DNA of 64,000 nt from NCBI RefSeq assembly GCF_018350175.1, contig NC_058368.1, forward strand, positions 6,014,001 through 6,078,000. Reading direction: 5' to 3'. The notes beneath the pieces were generated by a model. It made no database searches. It was given only the letters and a program-made list of their open reading frames with translations, and had not been told where the DNA came from. Positions 50,893 to 62,200 of the stretch are shown one piece after another (position 1 is the first letter of the stretch; each line of letters begins with the position of its first letter). A program made the translations under genes and the position numbers. Origin of the DNA: Felis catus (lineage: Eukaryota).

Positions 50893-51339
50893 AATATTGT
50901 GTTCATTAAAAAAATGTTTTAATATGGCTAATTAAGTAACATGAAATATGAAAAATGTAAACTCTCAGTGATCCTAACAGTAAGCAGCTAAAAACAACAA
51001 CAAAAAACAATGTCCACAGCCATACAAAACAATTCATTAGTAACTATTCCAGGTACTGAGGTATCAAGTCCTTTGTCTGAAAGCAGGCAACTAAAAAAAA
51101 GAATCAAACATTTATCCTAGTTTTTGTGTACAAAAGCAGCAGCCCTAGTTGATTAAAGAAAATGTTTTACACAAAATGTGGAAAATATTAAAATTAATTA
51201 GAATGTCAGCTTTTTACAACATGTAATGAATGATCTCACTCAAGCACAGGTCATCAATGAAGGAAACCATTAGATGAAAGTGTGATGGGAACTTCATGGT
51301 GGAAAGATCGGCTGTCACCACCTGATCCATCAAGCCATA

Positions 51340-51855
51340 ACTGTGATTAATCGTGCTTCCAAAGATGGCCCCAATGACATCGCCCATCCCTTTTCCTAAT
51401 GTGACCTGTGACCACCCCATCAAGAGCTAGAGTCTCTTCCCAGTCATTTTGATTTAGACTGGTCTTATGGCTTGTTCTGACCAATGGAATGAGGTGGAAG
51501 TCATGCTATGTGTCTTCCAAGGCTGGGCCTTCAGACACCTGCAACTTCTGGCTTTATCACTTCGAACACACCCTCTTCAAAGCCAGTTGTCTCATAAGAC
51601 AACCCAGAGACCATTGTGCCATAAGGAAGCCCAAACTAGCTATGTGAAAAGAGAGGCTACATGGATGAAAGCTGACGAGCCAGACATGAAACCTTGTTGC
51701 ACATACGACCCCAGCGCAGCCACGAGCTGAATGCTGTAGAATGAATGATCCCAGCCAATGTTGTATGGATGGTCAGGAAAAACTGCCCAGCCAAGCCCTG
51801 CCCAAACCATTATATGTGGAATTGTAAGCAAATAAAAGGGTTATTGTTTTAAGCC
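51340..51855 (+). mobile_element. MLT1H-like MaLR LTR followed by (CAA)n at 51855-51898
   Basis: aaagatggccccaatga...tgaccaatggaatgaggtggaagt...gggttattgttttaagcca. Confidence 0.7.
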
Positions 51856-51899
<44 letters not shown>

Positions 51900-52591
51900 A
51901 AACTGTCTAGCAATTATGGTGGGGCAGGTAAAACTGGTTAGACCTTTATACATGTATTTTATATATTAGAATTGTTTACATGTTTAATAATGGAAGAACA
52001 CCAAAAGCTTTACAGAGCCACAGTCCTCTGAAGGTCTCACTCTAGCCCTGAGGGAGAAATAGTTGTAAGTGAAGCAGAACAGTTTCAATTAGAGTAATCA
52101 AAGATGGCTTCCTGGAAAAAAGTAGAGCCTTCCAAGATGACCTTCCAAGATTTTAATAAGCAAAGACTAGGCAGGGGACATTCTGTAGATTCCTACTGAC
52201 ACCATGGAGCAAGATGAGAGGGAGAATTGGGGCAGATAAGCCTTTTAGTCTGGGCACATGGCTGAAGATAGGGTGTAATCAGGATGTTTTATTCTAGTGG
52301 TTAAATAGAAGTCTTCTTAAAGGCACAGAGAAGACTAGGAATTCAGTTGCAGTGGAATAGCACACCTCTGGCATCTCCTCATACTACCTGCAAAGATTCT
52401 GTAAAGCAAGAAAGAACCAGAAGTCAGACATAGAGGATAAGCAAGGCACTTGGAAAGTTGGACTCCCCAGTCCAAAGATATTTTCTCACATAATCAGTGG
52501 CACATTGGAATGGGGAATTCTGACTCTGTAATGCCCAAAAGGAAGGTTAACTCGAGCCAACAGATGGTCTCTTCAGAAATAACATGAAGGT

Positions 52592-52776
52592 GGGACACTG
52601 GGGTGGCTCAGTCGGTTGAGCACACAACTCTTGATCTCTGCTCAGGTCATGATCTCAAGGTTCATGAGTTCAAGCCCCACATCGGGCTCAACACCAACAG
52701 TGCAGAGCCTGCTTGGGATTCTCTCTCTCTGCGCCTCTTTCTGCGCCTCTTTCCCCGGCTCTCATTCCCCAGCTTG

Positions 52777-52808
<32 letters not shown>

Positions 52809-52831
52809 ATAAATAAATAACTTAAAAAAAA
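52592..52831 (+). mobile_element. SINEC
   Basis: gtggctcagtcggttgagc head, (CT)n, A tail. Confidence 0.88.
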
Positions 52832-54199
52832 GACGTTCATTGGACTGAGTTATCTGATGACACAACTTCTCCATTGTTGGGAAAGTGATGCATTTTGTAA
52901 TTAACATTTGAGGTCTCTCCTTCAGTTTGGCATTCTTCTTAGAATGCTTTGTTGCCAAATGATTGTTTAAGTTTGTATATTTGTTTTAGGCATGTTTGCC
53001 TTTAAGATTCAGAAGGATTCGGACTTTTGTTTGGCTACAGATTAACGTCAGTCATAGGTCTGAAGACCTTCTGAATGATTGCTGGAAGTGTTTCTGGCAT
53101 TGTTTTGTATCCTGTGATGATAATCTTGCTCTCAGTGTTTCCTGTTTTTAAATTTTGTTGGGTCTCTAAGGGGTATGCTCACTTGAAATTCCAAATCCCA
53201 ATATAAGTGAGCAGGGTCTAAAATGAGAACAAAAAGGTAGTGTAGTGCTAGCATCTGACATAGCAGTCATAGCAGTATAACATTGGTGTCTTATTCTTTC
53301 TTGGTTCTCTGCAAAGTTCTGGAAAACTCTGATTGCTCCCTTCTGTTACTACGTCTATCACGCCAGGGAACTTGGGCACAATGAGTAGCAAAGACCAGTG
53401 GTTCCCATTCCTGTGGGGAAAAGTGTAATCTTGCTGGGGCAACCACCTAGGACTCGGTTTCTTTCCTTATTTGTACAGAGGTTTGGCTGTTTAAAGATGT
53501 AACATGATTGAGACAATTCGAGTGAACCAAGCCCTGCTCACTTAATGTCTACAAATACCACGGAAAATATTCCAAATGTCAAAGTGTACTCTCATAGAGA
53601 AAGTTGTTTCTTGGAGACAGCTCCAAAGTTGACAGGTCTCAGATATGACCTCTACAATGTCAGATCCTTACTGACATTGTAGCTTTACACAGTGGGTGGG
53701 AGCTGAGAAAACTTGTTTGCAAGCATATGTGAGATACTCCAAGGAGTTTCATAGAAAGAAGCGGAAGGCTTCTTTGAGAAGAGCTGGAGATCATGCTAGT
53801 GAAAGTGAGGGCTGTAAAAAATGGTTTACTGCTGTTAATTTTATCTGATCTGTCATTGTTCACTACTTCTCTTACCCAAAAGATGTCACGGCTGGTGGAT
53901 TCATGGGTTCTTCTTCTTCATCATCATCATCATCATCATCATTATCACCACCAACATTTTAATTCATTGTTCATTTAGTATGAAAGAGAAAAATCCAAAA
54001 CTCCAAAGGATTTTCATATGGTCATATGAAAGGTCAGAGAACTAGAGTGAAGATCTACGGATTCCTTTTCTGAGAATACAGAATCATTATCCAGCTCCAG
54101 TGTTCATGAGGCCAAGCTTCATTAAACTATGCCATAAAGCTACAGTATTAAAGTAAATTACAGTAAACTATGCCATAAAGCTACAGTATTAAAGCCACC

Positions 54200-54410
54200 C
54201 GACTGGGTGGCTCAGTCGGTGAAGCATCTGACTTTGGCTCAGGTCATGATCTCGGGGTCTGTGGGTCCAAGCCCGGCATCGGGCTCTGTGCTGACAGCTC
54301 AAAGCCCGAAGCCTGCTTTGGATTCTGTGCCTCCCTCTCTCTCTGTCCCTCCCCCACTTGTGCTGTCTCTCTCACTCTCAAAAATAAATAAACATAAAAA
54401 TTTTTTAAAA
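54200..54410 (+). mobile_element. SINEC_Fc
   Basis: Head and tail present. Preceded by a 31-bp direct duplication taaactatgccataaagctacagtattaaag (54123, 54164). Confidence 0.88.
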
Positions 54411-54619
54411 AGCTGGTGGAGAAATATATAATGTTCTGTGGAACATTACGCTCTATTTAGACCTCTCTTTCAAGTAGGGGGGAGGAGGTGGTGTATTGGG
54501 TATATTATTAAATGCATTGTGTTAAATAATTGGCCCTGTTCAGGGGAAATGGTTAAGGTATATTCTTATCTCCAGCCATTCATAAAAATTAATTCCAGAT
54601 GGATTAAATATGTAAATAC

Positions 54620-55375
54620 ATCCATTCACTAAATACATATGCATTAAGACATTACCATGTTCAAGGAGGTAGTAAGTCGGACAAGAATCTCAGTTCTCAT
54701 GGAGGCTACATTCTAGTGCAGAGTGACAGACAGTAAGCACTTTAGTAGGGATATGTATTATGGAGAAAAACAAAGCAAGCAATGGGAATAGAGAATGGGA
54801 GTTTGCAATTTCAAATAGGATGCTTAGGGACGGCAACACTACAAAGATGACATCTGGGTAAAGACTTAAGTAAGGTGAAAAAGTTGCCATGCGGTAATGG
54901 AAGGCGGACGTTCCAGGCAGAGGTAGCATTTAATAGAAAGCCCTAAAATGGGAGTACACTTGTTTCAGAAATAGCAAGGAGTGGCTGATGTGACTGAGCA
55001 CAGGAGAGAATAATGGGAAATGAGGCCAGAGCGGTAGCCAGAGATGGAAAGTTGATAGCCATTATAAGAACCTTGGCCTTTTCAAGTCAGATAGGAAGTA
55101 GCATGGTCTGATTTTAATTTTAATGGAATCTATTTTTTGTTTTGAAAACAGAGTCAATGGAGGCAAAGTCAGGGGCAGGGAGCCGTGTTAGGAGGCTATT
55201 GAAGTTCTCCAGCTGAAAAGAGAGCAATGGCTGGGACCAGGACGGTAGTAGTGAAGGCAGTGAGAAAGGGTTGTTTCTGAATATACGGAAGGCGGAAGGC
55301 AGAGCCAAAAGGATTTGCTGATGGGTCGGATGTGCAGTCCGAAGAAAAAGAGGAGTCAAGGATGATAAGGCAGGT
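54620..55375 (-). mobile_element. L2 fragment
   Basis: ctcatggaggctacattctagt...ggaggctattgaagttctccag...ggagtcaaggatga L2 antisense phrases. Confidence 0.75.
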
Positions 55376-55705
55376 AAACTCAAAAATGGCCCCCAGGCAC
55401 TATTGCCTCCTGGTAACCGGGGCCTTTTGGAATCCCCTCCTCTTGAGTGTGGGCTGGACCCAGTGTCTGCTTCTAACCCATAGAAGGCGACAAAGATGAT
55501 GGGATGTCGCTTCCATGAGTAGGTTACATAATAATGTGACTTCTGTCTTATTAGCCGACTCTCTCACCTTCTCAGCCTGCATGCTTTCATGAAACAAGTT
55601 GCCATGTTGGGGAGGCCATGTGGCAAGGGACTGAGGGCGGCCTCTGGCCAATAGCCAGCTGGGAATGGAGGCCCCGAGTCCAACAGCTATAAAGAGAAAT
55701 ACTGT
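55376..55705 (+). mobile_element. MLT1F/G-like MaLR LTR fragment
   Basis: aaaatggccccca...cccctcctcttgagtgtgggctggacc...gtggcaaggga ctgagggcggcctctggcca phrases. Confidence 0.7.
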
Positions 55706-56071
55706 CAGATTTTATTTCTTTAGGGAAAAAAATGCATAAACAAAGTTTTAAAAAATTCATCCAGAAATAGGAATTTTGTAACACATATAATCAACAAAGA
55801 AGTAATATCAGTAGGACATATTTGCAGTATTACATTTTAATATTTTAACTTCATAATATATCTAAAGTAATGAGAAAAATATTATAACCCAATAAATACA
55901 AGCTCAATGAATATATGCAAATGCCTAACAATACAAGCAGGCAATTCACAGGGAGAAAATATGACCTATAAATACATTAAAAGATGCTTAGCCTCACTAA
56001 TTTAAAAAAAAATGCTAATTCAAACAAAAAAAATACCATTTTTTCCTGCTTACAACTCTATAAAGTAGGTA

Positions 56072-56728
56072 CAGGCATACCTCCTTTTATTGCACTTTGT
56101 AGATATTACATCTATAAATTGAAGGTTTGTGGCAATCCTGCATCAAGTAAGTATGTCAGCATCATTTTTTTCCAGCAGCATTTGCATGTTTTGTCTCTAT
56201 GTCACATTTCGGTAATTCTTGCAATATTTCAAACTTTTTCATTAATTATATTTGTTATAATAATCTGTGATCAGTGATTACAACTTACTGAAAGATGATG
56301 GTTACCATTTTTTAGCAATAAGGTATTTTTTTTTAATTTTTTTTTTCAACGTTTATTTATTTTGGGGACAGAGAGAGACAGAGCATGAACGGGGGAGGGG
56401 CAGAGAGAGAGGGAGACACAGAATCGGAAACAGGCTCCAGGCTCTGAGCCATCATCAGCCCAGAGCCCGACGCGGGGCTCGAACTCCCGGACCGCGAGAT
56501 CGTGACCTGGCTGAAGTCGGACGCTTAACCGACTGCGCCACCCAGGCGCCCCAGCAATAAGGTATTTTTAATTAAGGTATGTACATTATTTTTTTAGACA
56601 TAATGCACCGTGAAACAAACAAACAAAAAAATCATTTGACTCATTGCAATATTATTCTGTTTGCAAAATTAGCTTTATTGTAGTGGTCTGGAACTGAACC
56701 CACAATATCTCCCTCTGAGATATGCCTG
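56072..56728 (+). mobile_element. Tigger1-derived non-autonomous element (Tigger1a_Car-like)
   Basis: TIRs caggcatacctc / gagatatgcctg flanked by TA, aaattgaaggtttgtggcaa core. Confidence 0.85.
56325..56552 (-). mobile_element. Young SINEC_Fc inside Tigger
   Basis: TSD agcaataaggtatttt. Confidence 0.93.
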
Positions 56729-56734
56729 TACTAA

Positions 56735-56880
56735 TATCATCCCCATTTTATAGATGAAGAAACTGAGGCACCAAGAGGCTAAGTAACTTGCTCAAGGTCA
56801 CACAGTTAATCAGTTGCAAAACCAGAATTTGAAACCCTATGTCTGTCTCCAGAGCTAATAGTCCTAACCACCGTACTATC
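56735..56880 (-). mobile_element. MIR
   Basis: ccccattttatagatgaagaaactgaggca...taagtaacttgctcaaggtcacacag. Confidence 0.85.
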
Positions 56881-56911
56881 GTGGGGTGTAAGGCAAGCCC
56901 CCATCATCTCC

Positions 56912-56955
<44 letters not shown>

Positions 56956-57624
56956 TCATATACGGGACCATCTTTTGTAATTTCTTTAAAGACGACTTTA
57001 TTATTTATTTGAACCTAATTTTCCTTGGACATGTTACATGATTTATTCTTTTAGGTCACATCCAGAGAAGGTAAACCCAGAATCCTGTGGGAGAAAACAC
57101 CAAACAGACTGACATACATATAATGGGAGACCCAGAAGAAGAAGAGAATTAGAATGAGGCATAAAAAATATTTAAAGATATAATAAAATTTTTCCAAAAT
57201 TTTATTAAAGTTCATAGATCCAAGAATTTCACTGAACTCCAAACAAAATAAATTCAAACAAAACTACCTAGGTACATTGTAGTCAAACTGCTGGCAATCA
57301 AAGATAGAGAAAATGTGTTGAAAGAAGCAAAAGAAAGAAGATATCACAAACATACATTTTTTTTCTCATCAGAAACAACGTAGGACCAGAAGTCAAAGGC
57401 AGGGAATCTCTAAAGGGCTGAAAGGGAAATGTTATCAATCCAGAATGTTATATACAGAGAAAACATACTTCAGAAATAGAGGAGAAATAAAATATTTTCA
57501 GACAACTAAATGTAGTGGGGATCCTAGATAGTGTTAAAAGGCAAGAAAAAAAAGGCATAGATATCAAAAAGAAAAACTTTATTTACGTATGACATCATTG
57601 GTACACAGAATACAATTAAGAATC

Positions 57625-57865
57625 TTTTTTTTTTTAATTTCTTTATTTTTTTTAATTTTTTTTAACGTTTATTTATTTTTGGGACAGAGAGAGACAGAGC
57701 ATGAACGGGGGAGGGGCAGAGAGAGAGGGAGACACAGAATCGGAAGCAGGCTCCAGGCTCTGAGCTGTCAGCACAGAGCCCGACGCGGGCTTGAACTCAC
57801 GCACCGCGAGATCGTGACCTGAGCCGAAGTCGGACGCCCAACAGACTGAGCCACCCAGGCGCCCC
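57625..57865 (-). mobile_element. Young SINEC_Fc
   Basis: TSD aagaatcttttt. Confidence 0.92.
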
Positions 57866-57948
57866 AAGAATCTTTTTAAAAAGCTACTAGAATAAGTGAG
57901 TTTAGCAAAATCAGAGAATATAAGTTCAAAATACAAAAATCAACTATA

Positions 57949-58149
57949 TTTCTTTCTTTTAATGTTTATTTTTTGAGAGACAGCATGAGTGAGGGAAGGG
58001 TGGAGAGAGAGGAAGACCCAGAATCTGAAGCAGGCTCCAGGCTCTGAGCTGTCAAAACAGAGTCCAACACAGGGCTCAAACTTGGGAATGGCGAGATCGT
58101 GACCTGAGCTGAAGCCGGACACTTAACCGACTGAGCCACCCAGGCTCCC
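57949..58149 (-). mobile_element. SINEC_Fc
   Basis: TSD aatcaactatatttct. Confidence 0.9.
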
Positions 58150-58472
58150 TGGAATCAACTATATTTCTATATGCTAGTAATGAAGAGCTGGCAATAAAAA
58201 TTTGTACAAAAATAACATTTACAATAACTTCAAACAACCTGAAAAACTTAGGCATAAATTTAACAAAATATACAAAATACACTAAAAAAAAATACAGATC
58301 ATTGCCAAAGTTAAAGAAAACCTAAACAAATGGACATGTGTACAATATTGATAGCTTGGAAGATTCAATATTTAAGATGTCATTTCTCCCCAAATTGATC
58401 TATAGATTCGGTGCATTCCCAACCCAAATGCCAACATTCTTAGGGTTTTTTTTTTGTGGGGGGCGGGGGTTG

Positions 58473-58575
58473 TTTTTAAATTTTTATTTAAGTAATCTCT
58501 ACACCCAGCGTAAGGCTTGAACTCACAACCCGGAGATCAAGTGTCAGATGCTCTTCTGACTGAGCCAGCCAGGAA
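58473..58575 (-). mobile_element. Short carnivore SINE (tRNA-like short form)
   Basis: gtaatctctacacccagcgtaaggcttgaactcacaacccggagatcaag...actgagccagccagg. Confidence 0.75.
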
Positions 58576-59116
58576 CATCACTCCCCAGCATTCTTTTACT
58601 TAGAAATTAACAAGCAGATAATAAAATTTATAGGAAGACACAGAGGAGCTAAAATAGTCAAAGAGTGTGGAATGTCATAAGAATAGCTATATAGAACAAT
58701 GCAGTAGAATAGGAAACTTAGCAATAGACCCCCACATGCACATACTCAACTGATGTTCACGCACCACAGAGCTCGGTGGAGAGGATAAGTCTTTTCAATA
58801 CATGCTGCTGGAACAAGTGAGTATCCATATTCGAAACCAAACAAAAACAAATTAATCTGGATTCTTACCTTCCACCACACCAAAAAACAAGCCAAAAATG
58901 GATCACAGATTTAAACAGCTAAAGAAGACAAAGAAAGAGGAGGGGGTGAGGGAAGGAAGATGAATTACAGGAGGAGGAGGAGGAAAGAAATCTGTGATCT
59001 TGCATTAGGCAAAGACTCTTAGGGAAGACACAAAAAGCATGAATGACAAAAAACAAACACTGATAATTTGGACTTCATCAAAACTAAAAACATTCTCCTT
59101 CAAAGATGCCATTAAG

Positions 59117-59256
59117 GGGGCACTCACTTTTGAATGTCCCCTCTCTGTAAAAAGAGTTTTCTTACTATTCTTCCTCTCTAATCTTATGCTCTAATAAACT
59201 TTTGCCTGCTGCTCAAAAAAAAAAAAAAAAAAAAACAAAAACAAAAACAAAAAACC
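59117..59256 (+). mobile_element. Short polyadenylated retro-insertion (LTR R-region-like)
   Basis: 98-nt body, AATAAA at 59193, polyA from 59215, 10-bp TSD tgccattaag. Confidence 0.75.
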
Positions 59257-60358
59257 TGCCATTAAGAAAATGAAAAGGCAAGTTAAACACTTGGAGGGGA
59301 AAACATCTATAATGTGTATATATCTATATATAGTATGTATGTATATCTATACATATATTGTGTAGATAACTACATAGATACACTTACGTAGATAGATATG
59401 GATCACAAATGACTGATATTCATAATACATGGAGAACTCTTACAACTCAATAATAACAAGATAAACCAATGGGGGCAGTGGAGATTATATACAATTACAT
59501 AGGTAATTATAGATAGATAGATAGATAGATAGGACTAAAGAAGATGTATAAAGAGACAAGTACGGAAAAAGATCGTCAACATCATTAATCATCATGGAAA
59601 CTCAAATCAAAACTACCCTGAGGTACCATTTCACATCCACACCACTGGCTAAAATCAAAGAGCCTGACAGCAGTGGGGTGGGGAGAACGTAGGGCAACTG
59701 GAACTCTCATACGAGGCTGGCTTCCCGGGCACCAGGCTCAGAAGAGCTCCACACCTGAAGAGCTCCATTCCGCTGTCACTGTCCTGAAGTTCTTGATAAT
59801 AATTGTACCTTCGAGCGAGTGTTCTGTAAGTCCAATGCAACATGGGAAAATGCATGTGAGCGGAGGAGACACTCGTAATACACCTGTTTGTTCCTTGATG
59901 CTTCCTTCACACCTGGTGTTTCCAGTGTCCCATGAGCACAGACTTCTGATGGACGCAATGCATGGGAGTTCAGCAAGACTCCAAGCAAATAAAAAAGAAT
60001 CATGCTGTTCCTCAGAAAATTAAAAATAGGATTATCATATGATCCAACAATCCCATTTCTGAGCTTATACCCAGAATCAAATGAAAGCAGAGACTTTGCA
60101 GCCCCATGTTCATAGCAGCAGTGTTTGCGATAGCTAAAATATGGAAGAAACTCAAGCATCAGTGGATGAAGGGATAAACAAGATGTGGCATGTATATACA
60201 ATGGAATATTATTCGGACAGTACAACATAGATGAACCTTGAAGACATTATGCTAAGTGAAATAGCCAGTTGCAAAAGGACTTTAAAATGCTGTAAAAAAA
60301 ATACTGTATGATCCCACTCATTTGAAGTACATAATACAGGTAAATTCACAGAGACAGA

Positions 60359-60562
60359 GGGGTGCCTGGGTGGCTCAGTTGGTTAAGTGTCAGACTTTAG
60401 CTCAGGTCACGGTTTGTGAGTTCGAGCCCCACCTCAGGCTCTTTGTGGATGGCTCTTGGAGCCTGGAGCCTGCTTCCAATTCTGTGTCTCCCTCTCTCTC
60501 TGTCCCTCCCCTGCTCATGCTCTGTCTCCCTCTCTCTCAAAAATAAATGAACGTTAAAAAAA
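60359..60562 (+). mobile_element. SINEC_Fc
   Basis: TSD aaattca(c/t)agagacaga. Confidence 0.9.
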
Positions 60563-60634
60563 ATTCATAGAGACAGAAAGTAGAATGGAGGTTGCCAAGG
60601 GGGCTGGGGGGAGGGGAAATGGAGAGTTTGTGTT

Positions 60635-60860
60635 GTTTTTTTTTTTTAATTTTTTTTTAACATTTATTTATTTTTGGGACAGAGAGAGACAGAGCATGAA
60701 CGGGGGAGGGGCAGAGAGAGAGGGAGACACAGAATCGGAAACAGGCTCCAGGCTCTGAGCCATCAGCCCAGAGCCCGACGCGGGGCTCGAACTCCCGGAC
60801 CAAGAGATCGTGACCTGGCTGAAGTCGGACGCTTAACCGACTGCGCCACCCAGGCGCCCC
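60635..60860 (-). mobile_element. Young SINEC_Fc
   Basis: TSD gagagtttgtgtt. Confidence 0.93.
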
Positions 60861-61079
60861 GAGAGTTTGTGTTTAATAAGGATAGAGTTTCAGTTTTGCA
60901 AGATGAAAAGAGTTCTGTGGGTGATGGTTGCACAAATGGTTTAAGTGCACTTAGTGCCACTGAATGTACACTTAGAAATGGTTGATGATTACATGTATTT
61001 TACCACAGTTTTTAAAAAAGTAATTATATCTATGACTGAGGAAGGGGGGCGGGCAAGCACTGACAGCCATAGAATATAA

Positions 61080-61217
61080 TAGAGTTGCCAGATAAAATGC
61101 AGTCTGTCCCGTGCAATATTTGGGATGTACTTGTACTAAAGAAATGATTTGCTGTTTGTCTGACACCTAGATTTAATTGTTCATCTCGTATTTTTATTTG
61201 CTACTTCCGGCAATCCT
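61080..61217. mobile_element. MER53-like hAT MITE
   Basis: Inverted ends agagttgccaga / tccggcaatcct, gcaatatttggga core. Confidence 0.7.
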
Positions 61218-61639
61218 CCTCAAGGGGCTAGCCACACTTTGCATTTGAACCAGAACTTGCTTTGAATGAAGAAAGGTGGCGATCCAAGAAACACGAAACC
61301 ATTTCCTTTTTTCGCTTGCGTTACCCACTGTGTTAGCCAACTATTTATGCTATGAATGAAGCCGTAAGCCATAAAAGGAACAAAAAAGCTCAGGCAACCT
61401 CTAGTTCCTCTTCCTCTCAACTCTTCCTTACTCACCAGGAAGCCCAAGGTAGAGTTACCACAAAGTGCACGTGTGGAGAAGAGAAACAGAAACAGCTGAG
61501 CTCGTTTTGTGCAGTGTTTCAACTGTTTTCAGAAGAGCGGAATAGATATGTGAGCTATGAAATCCAAACTGTGTAATTTTAGGGAGTCCACATGCAAGCC
61601 AAAAGCTCTTGTATGGGCACCTAAAACTTGCTGGTTTGT

Positions 61640-62200
61640 ATTCTTTTATGAGACCATCGGTCAGGTACAGATGTAAGTGGAGCCAGAGGAGAGGCTCAGG
61701 ACAAAACCGAGTTAATTATGCTTACAGGTCCTAGAGACGGGAGCCACATAAGGCCAAATGGGAAGGACACCAGGGTGGACAAGAGGCAGAAAACAGGAGC
61801 GAAGGGCGGGAGAGCAGGGGGCGTGTGTGCTTGTAATGTTGGTGGGGGTGGGACCAGGAGCCACGTACCTAGGCCATGACCCTTATTGGTGTTTCCTTGG
61901 AGAAGTCAAGACAGGACAAGAGAACAATGTAGGATAGACTACGGAATAATTTCTGTGGGCTTTAGACTTGAGGGGTGATCCCTAGTTGCCTGGTACCTGG
62001 CACGATTAAGTCAGAGGAATATTGCCTGCTGGACGTGCATGGGCCAGATAGAGGAGACAGCTCTGGATTGGTCAGCTTGTATATATCAGAGGCATGCTCA
62101 GTCTGTGTTCCTTGCTATCTCTAAGAATTGCCTAGCCCAGTAGGGCATTCTCTGCCCAGTCGGAAAGGGTTTTTAAGATCAAAATATCATAATTTACAGG
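61640..62200 (-). mobile_element. ERVL-type LTR-like element (MER73/74/77 group-like)
   Basis: ttattatgcttacaggtcctagaga-like and ccttattggtgtttcc phrases; family uncertain. Confidence 0.45.

Larger units (their letters stand above)
57075..59710 (+). mobile_element. Old fragmented L1 (ORF1/ORF2 remnants), resumes at ~63707
   Basis: L1 phrases (tagtcaaactgctg, cccaaattgatctatagattc, ggacttcatcaaaactaaaaac, caactggaactctcatac). Confidence 0.75.
60005..61020 (+). mobile_element. L1MB-like 3' end inserted in MER45
   Basis: aaattaaaaatagg..atcatatgatcca...gatgaaaagagttctg...tgtattttaccaca. Confidence 0.8.

Noticed and set aside
57055..57070. Plus-strand 16-nt microexon-like segment (ttcttttag|GTCACATCCAGAGAAG|gtaaac)
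   Set aside because: Good-looking splice signals, but at an L1 boundary, not a multiple of three and with no identifiable partner exons.
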